Source: Octopus bimaculoides | Lineage: Eukaryota | Length of the DNA: 64,000 bases | Reading direction: 5' to 3' | NCBI RefSeq assembly: GCF_001194135.2 | Contig: NC_068985.1 | Location: 11,340,568-11,404,567, forward strand | Position numbers and translations under genes: made by a program | Shown here: positions 38,313 to 52,712 of the stretch, piece by piece | How positions within the stretch are numbered: position 1 is the first letter of the stretch | How the letters are laid out: the number at the start of each line of letters is the position of its first letter | The notes under the pieces: model-generated | The model's input: the letters and a program-made list of their open reading frames with translations, nothing else | Told to the model about the DNA's origin: nothing | The model's database searches: none

Positions 38313-39136
38313 GGTGTCAATCCCTCCTCACTGATATACTGTTAATCCATGCAGCCACAATCGTAAACACAAACGGGTAGATTCACTCTCAGATACATAT
38401 ACACAGGAACAAACTCGTAGACAGTCATGCAAACCCACATTCACACAAATAAAAGTACAAGATTTTCATACATTTAATATTCGATTCTCCTAATATGTCT
38501 TTATCAACACCGCCTACATACACATATATACGCTTACAGAGTAAACCAAGGTCTCTTGAACCACAAGCGCACGCTTACTTCCTTACAAAAATACATACAC
38601 GCATACTATTGCATATCTTCAGATGTCTATAAGTGTGTGTGTATGTATGTGTAGCAGAGAGAGAGAGAGAGAGTAGGAGTTATATTGTCTGAACGCAAGC
38701 ATTTATGATCCAACAATGACAAAATTATTCGAAGCACGTTGTTTGTCCAGGCTATTAATTTCATTGCATGCACAATAGAAACCTATAGTAAAATTGTATC
38801 ATTATAGCTTCATTTGTAAAGAAATGTCTTAAGTCTTTCTTCACTTAGTTTCAAGCACATTTACACAGCAACAATACGCAGTCACTTATATATCACAACA
38901 CCACAAACACGCGTACGCACATATATGAGGTGTTCAAAACGATTCAGATTTCACAGTATGGCGGCGACTAACGCGGAGATGCATTTCTGAGGGTGTCGAA
39001 GTATGATCGTGCGTGTAGAAAGGAAGGGCTCTATGAGCGCATGCGTGAATGTATTTATGCACGCACACACACGCACACACACACACACATACATACATAT
39101 ACACACATACATGCACACATACACACGCACATTGTC

Positions 39137-39167
<31 letters not shown>

Positions 39168-39472
39168 TATATGCGAGTAAAAATAAATACAAAAAGGGGG
39201 GGGGGTTGTATGATTGTGTATAGAGGAATATATTATTTTGTTTAAAAGAGTTCCAACACTGTCTGTTTTTTATGTTTTATTTATATTCCTGCAGAACTAA
39301 TGTGGGTTATAGAATATGGAATATACAATATATAATATATAATATACAATATAAAATAAAATAAAATAAAATAAAATAAAAATGGATGGCACCATGAAAG
39401 AAAGTATTGAATGTAGATGAAATATTGAGTGTTCAATATAAAGGATCAAATATATAAATATAAATATATAAA

Positions 39473-39512
39473 GGCGACTCGAGTTTCAGGGCTATTTCCC
39501 TTCGTCATGGCC
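39473..39512 (-). ncRNA. Hammerhead-like motif, near-canonical
   Basis: Minus strand GGC C[A]TGACGA AGGG AAATAG CCCT GAAAC TCGA GTC GCC; palindromic ACTCGAGT stem III, GUC triplet; one extra or substituted base at C3/U4. Confidence 0.55.
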
Positions 39513-39524
39513 GGTATGACAGAC

Positions 39525-39758
39525 GGAGGCGGAATGGCCCAGCGGTTAGGGTAGCGGACTCGCGGTCGTAGGATCGCAGTTTCGATTCCCAGTCCGGGTG
39601 TTGTGAGTGTTTATTGAGGCTCCAGCGGGGTGTGGAGGTGGTGAACCATGCTGTACACTTTCGCCACAACTTGCTCTCACACTTTTTTCCTGTTTCTATT
39701 GTACCTGTATTTCATAGGGCTAGGCTTGTCACACTCTGTGTCACGCTGAATCTTCCCC
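39525..39758 (+). mobile_element. SINE family A-related, 3' truncated
   Basis: Head GGAGGCGGAATGGCCCAGCGGTTAGGG, B box-like GTTTCGATTCCC; matches revcomp copy at 60018-60387. Confidence 0.85.
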
Positions 39759-40853
39759 GCATTTTTTTGCTAGTCGACAACGTATACCTCATATACAATT
39801 GTCATCTTCGTCTTCTGCAATCTTTTCTTATAATTAGGTTCTGATATTTCTCGCTTTTCCCAATTTTCCCTGTCACTACTTGCTTATTATATAACATTGC
39901 AAGTCTATGATTTTTCGTTTTTGTCCTTTGCAATCATATATGGTTTTCATACTTCGATAGTATAGTCAATATTTATGGATAAGTGCCATAAAATCCCGTC
40001 GTTACTATTCACCATCACAGACACTGCTTCGTGACCATACACCTTTTTTGGTAAATTCAATTTACACATTTGATTAACACTCTAAGGCAACGTTTCAACA
40101 ATACATGTGCTCATGAATGTTCTTAAACTCTTTTGGTCTTAGTATTACTTTCGATTCAGATAAGGTTGACAGTTTCGTCTCTTTTCCCACAGCGTTTTCA
40201 CTCAGATTGAATAAATCTTTATGAAATTCATTCGTATTTATGAGTTGTTCCTGAGCAGTTATGATTAGCTATTCGTTTTCTTCTTTCAGGTTTCGATTAG
40301 TAAGACGCAAAAGAGCATTCTTTACGGATTATATACTCGATCTAGTGCACGAATTGTTCATATGATTCCTTCTCTTTATTACTACATGTCTTGCTTTTCC
40401 TTCTGATCTAGAAATATTTTAGTAACTTTCTTTATACTTCCGGCCGAATGCCATATCATTCGTTTCATTACGCATGGCTTCAAATCGAACATCGTAGTTC
40501 TAAAAGCATTTTCTGTGTTTTACAACCATCTTGTTCCTTTCTCTCATGGCAGAAAAATTTCACGAACAATTTTACAAATTTGGCGGTAAATTTCTTGCTG
40601 TCATTTAGGTATCAGACGTACCAAATAGCCTCTGCTAGACAATGAATAACAGGATTCCAGCGCAGTCTTGGATATATGCAGACATTACATTAGACTACAA
40701 GTTAGTCTCCAGATCAAAAATGAGCGAATAACCGCGAAACCTGCAGGAAGGGATAACAAGTTTACACAAATGTGTGGTTGTGTGTGCGTGCGTGGTTGTG
40801 TGTGTGTGTGTGCATAAGCACTCACGCATACATATATGAATATATACATAAGC

Positions 40854-40885
<32 letters not shown>

Positions 40886-40890
40886 TTATA

Positions 40891-41062
40891 TATACGATGG
40901 GCTTATTTCAGTTTCCGTCTACCAAATCCCCTCAAAAAGTTTTCGTCGGCTTCAGGCTATAGTAGAAGACACTTGCCCAAGTTGCCACGCTGTGGGAGTG
41001 TACCCGCAATCATGTGGTTGGTAAGCAAGCTTCTTACCACACAGCCACCACTCCTGCCCCTA
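40891..41062 (-). mobile_element. SINE family C 5' half
   Basis: TTTCAGTTTCCGTCTACCAAATCC...CTTACCACACAGCC..ACTCCTGCCC. Confidence 0.88.
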
Positions 41063-41146
41063 TATATGTATATATATATTTACATATATATACATATATA
41101 TGTATGTATATATTTACATATATATACATATATATGTATCTATCTA

Positions 41147-41181
<35 letters not shown>

Positions 41182-42071
41182 CTATCTATCTATATATATA
41201 TATATATGTATCTATCTATCTATNNNNNNNNNNNNNNNNNNNNNNNNNNNNNNNNNNNNNNNNNNNNNNNNNNNNNNNNNNNNNNNNNNNNNNNNNNNNN
41301 NNNNNNNNNNNNNNNNNNNNNNNNNNNNNNNNNNNNNNNNNNNNNNNNNNNNNNNNNNNNNNNNNNNNNNNNNNNNNNNNNNNNNNNTATATATATATAT
41401 ATATACACACACATTAGTACATTTGGTTTTTATAAAGGCAAATGATCTTTTAATTATAAGTAGGCAATTATATCGCAAATATTAAGGTTATTGATTATTG
41501 TATCTTACACAGATTGCAATACGCGTCTCACCAAAACTCTCCAGACATTCAGGCAACACAGTATGTTGTTGTTACTATATAATTATACTGCCTACGATGG
41601 AAATCCACTCATCTGGATGCATCCTTTCATACAAGTAGTATTTTGTAAGGGTTTTGTTTTCCTCGTACATAGATATCTTTACGGAAACTATCCCTTTTAT
41701 AAATGCATGCGAATCGTGAACATCCATATCTATAATAACATGTGTACGTGTGTTGGTTGTTGTGTGCTGTTATGTGTATGCAAACACACACGTATATAAA
41801 TGTAGTTCGTAGAGTGGTTCAAAAGAAGGTTTAGAGTTATAAAAAAAAAGAAAACACGTACAATGCTCATTTATTTTTTGCAAAAAAAAAAAAAAAATTA
41901 ATTTACGATAATAGTATTGCTATAGTTGTGATAAATGTATTATTATGAGTAACAACCCAGAAAAAAAAATCCAAAATGGGGCTAACTAATTTAATGTAAT
42001 TATAAGTTTAATGAATTAAGTATTATAACATTAATGTGATACTGTATACATACTTTTGTATCCCCCTGCAT

Positions 42072-42111
<40 letters not shown>

Positions 42112-42497
42112 NNNNNNNNNNNNNNNNNNNNNNNNNNNNNNNNNNNNNNNNNNNNNNNNNNNNNNNNNNNNNNNNNNNNNNNNNNNNNNNNNNNNNNNNN
42201 NNNNNNNNNNNNNNNNNNNNNNNNNNNNNNNNNNNNNNNNNNNNNNNNNNNNNNNNNNNNNNNNNNNNNNNNNNNNNNNNNNNNNNNNNNNNNNNNNNNN
42301 NNNNNNNNNNNNNNNNNNNNNNNNNNNNNNNNNNNNNNNNNNNNNNNNNNNNNNNNNNNNNNNNNNNNNNNNNNNNNNNNNNNNNNNNNNNNNNNNNNNN
42401 NNNNNNNNNNNNNNNNNNNNNNNNNNNNNNNNNNNNNNNNNNNNNNNNNNNNNNNNNNNNNNNNNNNNNNNNNNNNNNNNNNNNNNNNNNNNNNNNN

Positions 42498-42531
<34 letters not shown>

Positions 42532-42888
42532 AGAGAGAGATAGATAGATAGATAAATGAATGGTTAGATAGATAGATAAATAGATAGATTGATAGATAGA
42601 GAGATAGATAAATAAATAGAATATTGGATGCATAGATGGATTGTTGGATGAATCGATCGATCGGTGGATAGATGGATGGACAGACGGACAGATAAATAGA
42701 TCTCCAGATAAGTAGATGAATATATAGGAAAAAGTGTATAGATTCGTATCCATTCATCCAAGAACATGCCTGCAGTCACCTGTGTGTCCGTGTGTTTGTA
42801 TTCGTTTTATGATCTATGCTTGTCTTTTATGTTTTTCATGTCTTTCTGTGTCATAGAAAAGAAGCATTGTATCATCTCACTATCTCTA

Positions 42889-42932
<44 letters not shown>

Positions 42933-43467
42933 CTCTCTTTCTCACAGTGTCTATTTCTCGCACTCTCTCACATTCTTGTTTTGTCCCAGGCAATCCTCTA
43001 TTAGACAGGATTGGAGAATCCATACTGATGTCGACAATAACTTACCCTATTTAAATTTAGTGTTTGGTATTTTCCAGATAAATTATAAATGTAGCATTCG
43101 TCGATTCCCAGCTACATTGCATACATTAGGTCATGAGACTGCAAATGCAGAGAGAGAAAAAGAGGGAGAGAGATGCAGACAGATATACAGACAATAAGAA
43201 GGAAACGAGAGGGAGAAAGAGATACAGACGATAAGAGAGGGGAAGAGAGAGACAAAGAAATAGACTGCAAGTCTTGCTAAATGCCATGTGCACACATGTA
43301 CACGTGTAACTATTGAGAAATATATACGAATATGCACTCCTATCTGCGGATATATATATTTGTATGTGAGTGTTTATGCGTGTCTATAGGCGTATGTGCA
43401 CGTAATCGCATGCGTATTTGTACATATATAAAATGTGCGTTATTGGATGTCTGTATCTTTCGTTGTG

Positions 43468-43763
43468 TGAAGACGCGTGGGTTAGTGGCTAGAGCATTCG
43501 GCTCACAATCATAAGGACTTGAGTTCAATTTCCGGCGACGCGTTGTGTCCTTGAGCAAGACACTTTATTTCACGTTGCTCCAGTACACTCTGCTGGCAAA
43601 AATGAGTAGTACCTTTATTTCAAAGGGGCCAGACTTGTCACACTCTCTGTGACGCTGAATCTCCCCGAAAACTACCTGAGGAGTGCTCAGCCACTTGCAC
43701 GTTAATCTAACGCGCAAGTTGTTCCGCTGATCGTATCAGCTGGGACCCTCGTCGTCGAAAACC
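43468..43763 (+). mobile_element. SINE family A, near full length
   Basis: GGTTAGTGGCTAGAGC, GAGTTCAATTTCC, TTGAGCAAGACACTTTATTTCACGTTGCTCCAG, tail GGGACCCTCGTCG. Confidence 0.9.
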
Positions 43764-43908
43764 ACCTACACTTTTTTCAGGCTATATTATTAGCATTATC
43801 AGGCGTTTTAGAATTTAAAATCACCTCTTTAACTTTCTAAGACATCTCAACTTCTAAAAGCAAACTTCGTTTGTTTGTTTACATTTATCGCAATTTGAAT
43901 TTAATATA

Positions 43909-44037
43909 TGCGGTTCGGCAAAAGAGACGGATAGAATAAGTAATAGGCTTACAAAGAATAAGTCCTGGGGTCGATTTGCTCGACTAAAGGCGGTGCTCCA
44001 GCATGGCCGCAGTCAAATGACTGAAACAAGTAAAAAA
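43909..44037 (+). mobile_element. SINE family C 3' end, little diverged
   Basis: GCGGTTCGGCAAAAGAGAC...GGCGGTGCTCCAGCATGGCCGCAGTCAAATGACTGAAACAAGTAAA. Confidence 0.92.
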
Positions 44038-44791
44038 CAAAACAACAAAGGTTGTGAAGACCATTTACAGCCAATAATTTATCAATTATTGTTATTTATA
44101 TGTGTACGTGTGTATATGTATAGACGTGTCTTTGGTAGAGAACATAAATGTTTGTACGTGTGTAATTGTGTTTTCCGTGTAGCTGTATTTGTTTATGTTT
44201 GTAAGTTGTCTCTGAGTGGTTCTGGTTATACGTAACCCTCTACAATCCGTGGCGCTACACATTCGCTGGTGACTAATCTGGCAAATTTGACAATGCCGAA
44301 TGTGTTAGAAGGGTAAATCTTGGACACCTTGCACGATAAGGTAGAAAACCAGTATAAAGACGATGAAGCTCAAATGATTCGACAGCTATCCAACATTTTG
44401 CGTATATGAAAGCTTAAAAGGTATTCAAAAACTCGGTTTAAAATGGATAAAGCGGAGTAAACGACATCTAATAATAAAATGTCAACCTTCAGAAAGGCTA
44501 TATCTAACAACGTCGCTGTGGGACACATACCCTAGAGCAGGATAAGACAAATATCACATATTCGATCTCACACAGAACCTGTTATACCTGCTCTTGTCTT
44601 TGTAGAGTTTCTTCTGGTTCAGCGGCGGTTGCAATCGAACATATAAAAGTACCGTGTTTTAACGAATATAAAAAAACACTTTTTTGTTGTCAAAAATCAA
44701 GTTTAGAAATATGGTTGTTTCTTATACATAGATAGTATTATGATCCCTTGCAAAACCTTTTTTCCAAATTTTTAAACTGCCAATTAGGGGC

Positions 44792-45013
44792 TTTTTCACC
44801 ACAACTTTCTCTCACTCTTTCTTCCTGTTTCCGTTGTACCTCTATTTCAATGGGGCCAGCCTTGTCACACTCTGTGTCATGCTGAATCTCCCCCCCCCCC
44901 GAGAACTACGTTAAGGGTACACGTGTCTGTGGAGTGTTCAGCCACTTACACATTAAAAAGCTGTTCCGTTGATCGGATCAACTGGAACCCTCGTCGTAAC
45001 GGACGGAGTGCCA
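44792..45013 (+). mobile_element. SINE family A-related 3' half
   Basis: Same blocks as 37999 copy, tail GACGGAGTGCCA. Confidence 0.88.
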
Positions 45014-46151
45014 CGATATGCTTGTATGTTTGTTAGCATGTTCGACTGCATGTGTGTAGTATACATGTATATTGTTTCCACTATACGTTATTACATACAT
45101 ACGTACATACACACACACACAAACCACACTAATTCCCCCCACATACACACACACACGCACATACATACATATATACTCCTGTTGGTAAAGTTTCTCCTCT
45201 TCCTACCAAATTTAGTTACTAATGCATTTGAGGTTTACTAATAGTACCAACGTAAAATCGACCAACTCTACAAGAATAACCAATCGTATTCTTTGAGTTA
45301 CTGTTTAGCGGTTATTCCAGGTCGTGGCATATGAGTCATGGAGAACAAATTGCGAATACTATAGACCCCCACTGTATCCATGTGATCGACTTAGTTAACA
45401 TTTTGGTAACTGTCTCATGAATCTATTATGCAAATTAGCCGGGAAGATGTGTGCATATATTATAGCAACTCTCATGGCTATAGACATACATACAGACACA
45501 AAAGTACACATATGGACGGACACTCACAAGCGCACACTCATGCACGATTTTACATTTACTACTGGGAGAAAAAGAGCAACAAATATACAGTTAAACCAAC
45601 CAGATTGTTTATTTACTGTGATGTTTCGTATCAAGTTGTGTTCGCCATTGAATTAATTCTAAAGTAAATACATGCAATAAATAAAATACTAATAGAAACA
45701 CAAATGATAATAATGATAATAATAATAACAATAACCTGGCGAAAACTTAAAAACAGTGGAATTGTATGAACCAATGAAAAAGTTCCTTATTTGAATATGG
45801 ATTCTTTTGTTGCTGAAATCGTCTGCGATGCTCAGTGTTTTGCGCTGCGATCAATACAAAAAGAGATTCCAAACAGCATGCTCTTACTGAGAGGGGATCA
45901 AATTGCTAACATTTGTCCGAATTTGTATTCTGACTCATCTTCGTACAGCCTCCTATCGTCAAGATGATGATCTAAGCTGCCATGGGACTTGGAAACATAG
46001 AGGAGAGAAAAGGAAAAAAAAAAGAAAGAAAGATGGGAGCCCACCGGACTGGATCACACTGCGCAAGTTTTAATGAAATCATGCTGAAATAACACACAGA
46101 TAACTTATTGTGTAAATGTTCAAATATATGCGTCAGAACATATGTATGCAT

Positions 46152-46206
<55 letters not shown>

Positions 46207-46249
46207 CATATACACATATATATGTGTGCGTGCGTATTTGTGCGTGCGT

Positions 46250-46455
46250 TTGTGTTTGTCCCAACATCGCTTGACAACCGATGTTGGTGTGTTTATGTCC
46301 CCGTAACTTGGTGGTTCGGCAAAAGAGAATATCCTTTGTAAGCTTGGTACTAATTCCAGGCTTACAAAGGATAAGCCCTGGGGTCAATGTGTTCGACTAA
46401 AGTCGGTGCTCCAGCATGGCCGTAGTCAAATGTCTGAAACAAGTAAAAGAATAAA
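46250..46455 (+). mobile_element. SINE family C 3' half
   Basis: CATCGCTTGACAACCGATG...GGTGCTCCAGCATGGCC...GAAACAAGTAAAAGAATAAAA. Confidence 0.9.
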
Positions 46456-46519
46456 AATATATGCATACGTGTGTGTGTGTGAGAGAGAATATATATATTC
46501 GCGCGCGCGCGAATATGTA

Positions 46520-46568
<49 letters not shown>

Positions 46569-47442
46569 NNNNNNNNNNNNNNNNNNNNNNNNNNNNNNNN
46601 NNNNNNNNNNNNNNNNNNNNNNNNNNNNNNNNNNNNNNNNNNNNNNNNNNNNNNNNNNNNNNNNNNNNNNNNNNNNNNNNNNNTATATATATATATATAT
46701 ATATGTAGATATACACACACCAACATATGTATCTATCTAGGCAATTTAAATATATGCATGTATAAACGTACGCCATTTATGCACACTAAGTAACGATAAG
46801 TACGCATGTATGTATGTATGTATGTATGTATGCAGAACACAAATTTTGGCGAAATTGTTACGTAGGAATTTTTCGACATTGATTTCTAAACCCCACTTTC
46901 GATCAGTGCTCCGTAAGATACTGTAAAATAGTTGGTTCCCTATGTATGACGAATTAGAGTATGAATATTTTCTTTACAATTAATGTACTTTGATAATTGT
47001 ATTCAAACGTATGTGTGTATGTATCTATTTAACTGTATTAAATATATACGTATGTTTGTGGGCATCTACATTTATTAGTTTGACTGTGTTTAAATGGATA
47101 TTGTAAATGTGTGTGTATATATGCTCGTAACTATGTATGTATATATGTATGTATGTATCTATCTATGTATCTACCAATCTATCCATATATATATATATAG
47201 ATAGATTCGTGTATTTCTCTGTGTTTGTGTATGTGTGTGTGTGTACATATACAGAGAGATAGATAGATATTCATGTATGCATGTGAATCTTTCTCTCCAT
47301 TTCTCTGTCTTACTATCAGCGTCACACGTTTCAGAAATGTATATGTTCCCTTATATGTGTTACTTTGCTCCGCCTGGACGTGTGTTTTGTGAATAATACT
47401 AGATATGGCTATTTCAGGAAGAATAAGCTATTACAAAGCGCG

Positions 47443-47481
<39 letters not shown>

Positions 47482-49655
47482 AGAGAATTAAAATCTGTCG
47501 ATTCTTTATACGGTTGAAACAAGTTGGTCACTATGAACAACTGGTCTTTCTATTCCTTCAATAAATTATATATGCTTTACACAAGTTCCGCGTAGAAGCC
47601 GTATTACGTATTATACTAGTAACAATTATCCATAACTATAGAAATGTGCTCCCGTCGATATGTTTGTTAGACAATACAGTAGGCAGGTAGTTACATATTA
47701 TTTATATAACACTTTTATTTGGGGGGATTATTCAAATAGTATACTCCGATTTATACATTTTTGAAAATCGTTGCCATAATTTAAAATTGAGGCTGATGCT
47801 CGATAGATTTTACAGCACATAACGTTGACTAATACAAAGCGGTGAAAAGTGTAATAAACGCGTGTTTATATATGAGTCTGTGTGTATATATTCATGTACA
47901 TGTCAGCGTCAGCGTTGTGTATATATGTATATGTAAACAAATGTGTCTGTACAGTGCCATTCAAATTTGACCCCGTTATACATCTAGGTGGAAAATTTTA
48001 ACGATTCACTCCCATCACGGACTAATACAATTAATAGAAACAAATGACTGACCTTTCATTAGTGGAGTTAGTTGTCAATAAGAGATCAGATTTGTTCTTC
48101 TCATTAAATAGCAGAAGTACCTCATCAGGTGCGCGATCTTCGTACGATTTCCAAGAAAAGCGATACAAGATATCGAAAACTTATGAACTGAAAATATTTC
48201 AAAAATGATTTTTCTATTCATTTATAAGTATCAAAATCTCCACATATTTTACTGAAAGTTATTAGTTGATAAAATTGTCTGCAGTATTCATCTGGTACAC
48301 ATTAACCAGAGAGGACGCGTCAGTCTTATAGTAAACCTTACCGAGATCTGAAATTTCGATGTATAAGACCGCATCTACATAGATATATACACGCATGTAT
48401 ACAAACACATATATGTATATAAGTATGTATGCATGTACGCACATATATATATACATACATATATACACATACATATATACATATATATTTCTGTAAGTAT
48501 GTATGTGTGTGTGTACGTATGTGTTTGTTTTTGTATTTATCCTTGGATCTTGCAGAATATGCTCCGGGATATTACACATTGGCTATTTATATCCATTGCA
48601 TATATTATTATAATTTCAACTGAAAATGGTCTTCAGTTTTGGATCTTCGTTTTCATGAGTGTGTATGTGTGAATGATGACAATGTGCTTGCATCGTTGAG
48701 TGTGTGTGAGAGTGTGTGTTTGTGTTTGTGTGTGGGTGTCCATTCTTTCGTTCTCTAATTCATTATCACCGCCAAATCAATGCGAAGTCCATGTGATTTT
48801 GTTTTTCACATACAAACACTAAGAAAAACAAGCATCCTAACCAAAGAGAGAAAGGCAGAGGGATAGTAACAATGGAGATGCGTTTGTTCTCCTACCCTTT
48901 CTCCTCCGCTCACCCATCACCTCTTTCTCTCTTTCACACTCCCCCTCTCTCTCTCTTTGTTCTTCCTTTACCCTCGCGTGCTATCTGTTCCTCTCCCTCT
49001 CCACGATGTAATTTTTTCACATACAGTTTCTACTCTCGCTCTGTCCCACTCTTTCCCTCTGCTTTATAGTATAGAAGCTGAATCGAAGTCTCAGACTTAT
49101 GAGTCATCGGAACCGGGAGATAAATAACGTAAAACTCGATGCTGCGATTGACCAGAATGCAGATTGTTAAAGATCTCTTTAACCTTTTATGGAAATTAAC
49201 CGATAAAATGTATGCAACATTTTAATATTTAAATTATGCTGATTTTAACTGAAACAGCTCATGCTGTACAATTTCTACTTCGGTGAGGCTGATAAAAAAA
49301 ACTTTTGGCAGGCCAGTTGTTTGTTATGCTGTCATAACTGTTTAGCCCTAGGTTACTCCCGATGGAGTAGGCAGTTCCAATATCGAAGCCATGTTTTTAG
49401 ATCTCGTATAACTCTATCTTCGGATATGAGAAATGTTCATGCGACTAAAATGTGTAATCGAGTTTTAATATATACAAAGACAGATTTGGAGAAATTGAGG
49501 TAAATTTGACTGCTCTTTTCAGCAGTTCTAACCGCCATATCTACTCCAAGGATCGTTTTAGCGCATATATGCATGTATGTATATATGTATGTATTTATGC
49601 GTGTGTCGATTTAAGTATGAACGTATGTATGTAGGTATGTAAGTATGTATGTATG

Positions 49656-49704
<49 letters not shown>

Positions 49705-49707
<3 letters not shown>

Positions 49708-50089
49708 CACAGGAGTGGCTGTGTAGTAGGCAGCTTGCCTGCCATCCACATGGTTCCGGGTTCATTTCCACTGCGTGGCACCTAGAACAAGTGTCTTCTA
49801 TTATAGCCTCGGGCCAACCAAAGCCTTATGAGTGGATTTGGTTGACGGAAACTGAAGTCCATTGTGTTTATAAGTATATATGCGTGTGTGTATATATTGG
49901 TGTGTCTGTATTTGCCCCCCCCCTATCGCTTGACAACCTATGTTGGCGTCTTAATGTCCCCGTAACTTTAGCGGCTCGGCATAAGTCACCGATGGAATAA
50001 AGTACTAGGCTTACAAAGAATACGTCTCGGGGTCGATTGATTAGTTCGACTAAAAGGCGGTGCTCCAGCATGATTGAAGCAAGTAAAAA
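49705..50089 (+). mobile_element. SINE family C, full length
   Basis: AGGCACAGGAGTGGCTGTGT head through GGCGGTGCTCCAGCATG tail. Confidence 0.92.
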
Positions 50090-51578
50090 TAATAATAAAT
50101 GTATATATTGCTTTCAAACAATTTTGCCAGACACCAGTTCTAAGAATGACAGCTATAATAAATTCCATTCTACTCAGATACGAGAACAGCGCGAATGTCA
50201 GGACGTGACATATACTCATCTCTTATAAGTACTCGGTTGAAATTGCTCAGAGCCATTGTTTTATCCGTTGAATATAGCGTATGTTTCAGTTTTAAAGCTA
50301 AGAAAACCTGCCGTTGAAACACGTAAATTTTACATTGTCAGGAAGTTCCTGATAGTCTTCGCTGGCAAAATGAAATGTTTCATTGTTAATTTCCAGTATA
50401 AGCGATACCAATTTCTTATTTTGCCACCTTGTGAAAAGAACTGAAATATTAAGCTCTCCACATATCGTTGAACTTAATAATGCATGAGCTGATGTAACAA
50501 AATATGATAGTGACTCAAAAACAGTAACATGCGAATCCTTGCAAATATTATATACGGTTTTCGAAGACGAATCATTTCATTGACTGTAGAATATCAATCA
50601 AGCAAAAAGTGAATTAAAAAAGACGCAAGTTATCTACAAATGTTGACGGAGATACAACGACGGTACATTTTCATATTCACCTATTTGAGATATAGTGTCT
50701 AACGCATTAATGAATAATCTCTGAGCGCACACACATACACACACACACACACACATCCAATCCTTTCTATGACTGTCGCATAATTTATAGAACATCTCAG
50801 ATTCAGTGGACTATTCGAAAGCGACAATAAACAGAGTCACATGTGCCATAGGCTTTAATTAATGGTAGATATTGTAAAGTTGTACGCTTTTCAATAAATG
50901 ATTCAGAAGTATCATCACTGAAGCCTTCTACCTACGGCAAACGTGGAATACACAAATAACGATGGACAGTGCAAAAATGTACTTTGTGATTAAGAGAAGG
51001 AAGAACAAAATGGTTTTAATGCATTTTATTCACTGAGTGGAATCTGTATTATTCAGGCAGGATGTCAATTTTCTTGGGAAGAATGAATAAAATAATTAAA
51101 TTGACTCGGGCATTATGCGTTCATTTTATCTATTCTAGAACGATGAAAGAGAAACAGTGCCCTCAAGTTAGTAAACTTAGTAAATTCACCCAATCGGTGG
51201 GATTGTATGACTGCATGACATTCATAACCTGTTGCAGATCACTAGCGAAATAAATGAAGAAAGATAACTGTTACTAAGTAATTAAATAGATTCGTGAATA
51301 TATGTCGTACCTGGGCGAGCATTGGGTTGATTAAAGACTGAAATGAATGTTATGAATTTATCATATCTTTGATATATTGAATATCGTTAGTTCATCCAGT
51401 ATTATTAATGTAAATAGGACCATTGCTTCGAATCCATTTGGAGATAATTTGGGCTCCAACAGAAAAACAAAAGAGCAAAATATAAAATATAGAATATAAA
51501 ATATAATTTAATTCCTACGCTATTTATGTTACAGGAAAAAAAAATGAAATTCTTTTTCCAATTAAACTAATTATATTT

Positions 51579-51777
51579 ATTCTTTTCTATTCTAGGCACA
51601 AGGCCCGAAATTTCGGAGAAGGGGTCAGGCGATTAGATCGACCCCAGTACACAACTGGTGCTTAATTTATCGACCTCGAAAGGATGAAAGACAAAGTCGA
51701 CCTCGGAAGAATTAGAGCTCAGAACATAAGACAGACGAAATACCGCTAAGCATTTCGCCCGGACTGCTAACGTTTCT
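51579..51777 (-). mobile_element. SINE family B (GGCCTTGTGCCTAGAATAG tail), first ~15 nt missing
   Basis: Begins at AGAAACGTTAGC, fused to the tail of the adjacent copy. Confidence 0.88.
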
Positions 51778-52011
51778 TATGTCTTTATTGCCCAAAAGGG
51801 GGCTAAACATAGAGGGGACAAACAAGGACAGACAAAGGGATTAAGTCGATTACATCGACTCCAGTGCGTAACTGGTACTTATTTAATCGACCCCGAACGG
51901 ATGAAAGGCAAAGTCGACCTCGACGGAATTTGAACTCAGAACGTAAAGCCAGACGAAATACTGCTAAGCATTTCGTCCGGCGTGCCAACGTTTCTGCCAG
52001 CTCGCCGCCTT
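51778..52011 (-). mobile_element. SINE family B, full length
   Basis: Head revcomp CTGCCAGCTCGCCGCCTT; GGGCAATAAAGAC tail. Confidence 0.92.
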
Positions 52012-52231
52012 AAATAAATTTATTCTAATCAGTGAATTTGTCCTACTGATCATTACAGTATTTAGACTAAATGTTGTTTATTTTTCTTTCCTGTACAATT
52101 TCATAACAGCTGACATTACATACGATGTTTTCCTTCGAAAGATATACACCTATGCATAATTTCAGCTTTGTAATTGCAAAACTAACGTCTATAGATGGAT
52201 CACCCATTCACCGATCTCTCCATTAATAAAC

Positions 52232-52263
<32 letters not shown>

Positions 52264-52659
52264 CTTGCATACATACATGTACAAATCCAAACCTACTTAT
52301 GAACAACTATGTATACAAAAGCAGACGTATCTTTCTTGTTGAATTCTGCAATAATCAGACAAAGGAGATCATAAATTTTGCATGGAATTCAGGCGACTCC
52401 GGGGTCTTATGACTGACGCGCTTTCTAATAAGTATCCCTTCACATCATGGGGGTGCTTGGAGGATGACACACTCCTCTCATAGAATGTTGTGACATAGTA
52501 ATCCCGGGACACTGATTTCAAATCTCGCCGAAGTCAGCATTATCTTTTTTTTAATATTTTATATTTCCGTGGACAATAAAAACTGGACCAGTGAAGCAAT
52601 GTTGTCGATCCTTCTTCTCTGGCACCTTGTACTCTTCGATCACTCAGTATTGAACGTAA

Positions 52660-52712
<53 letters not shown>

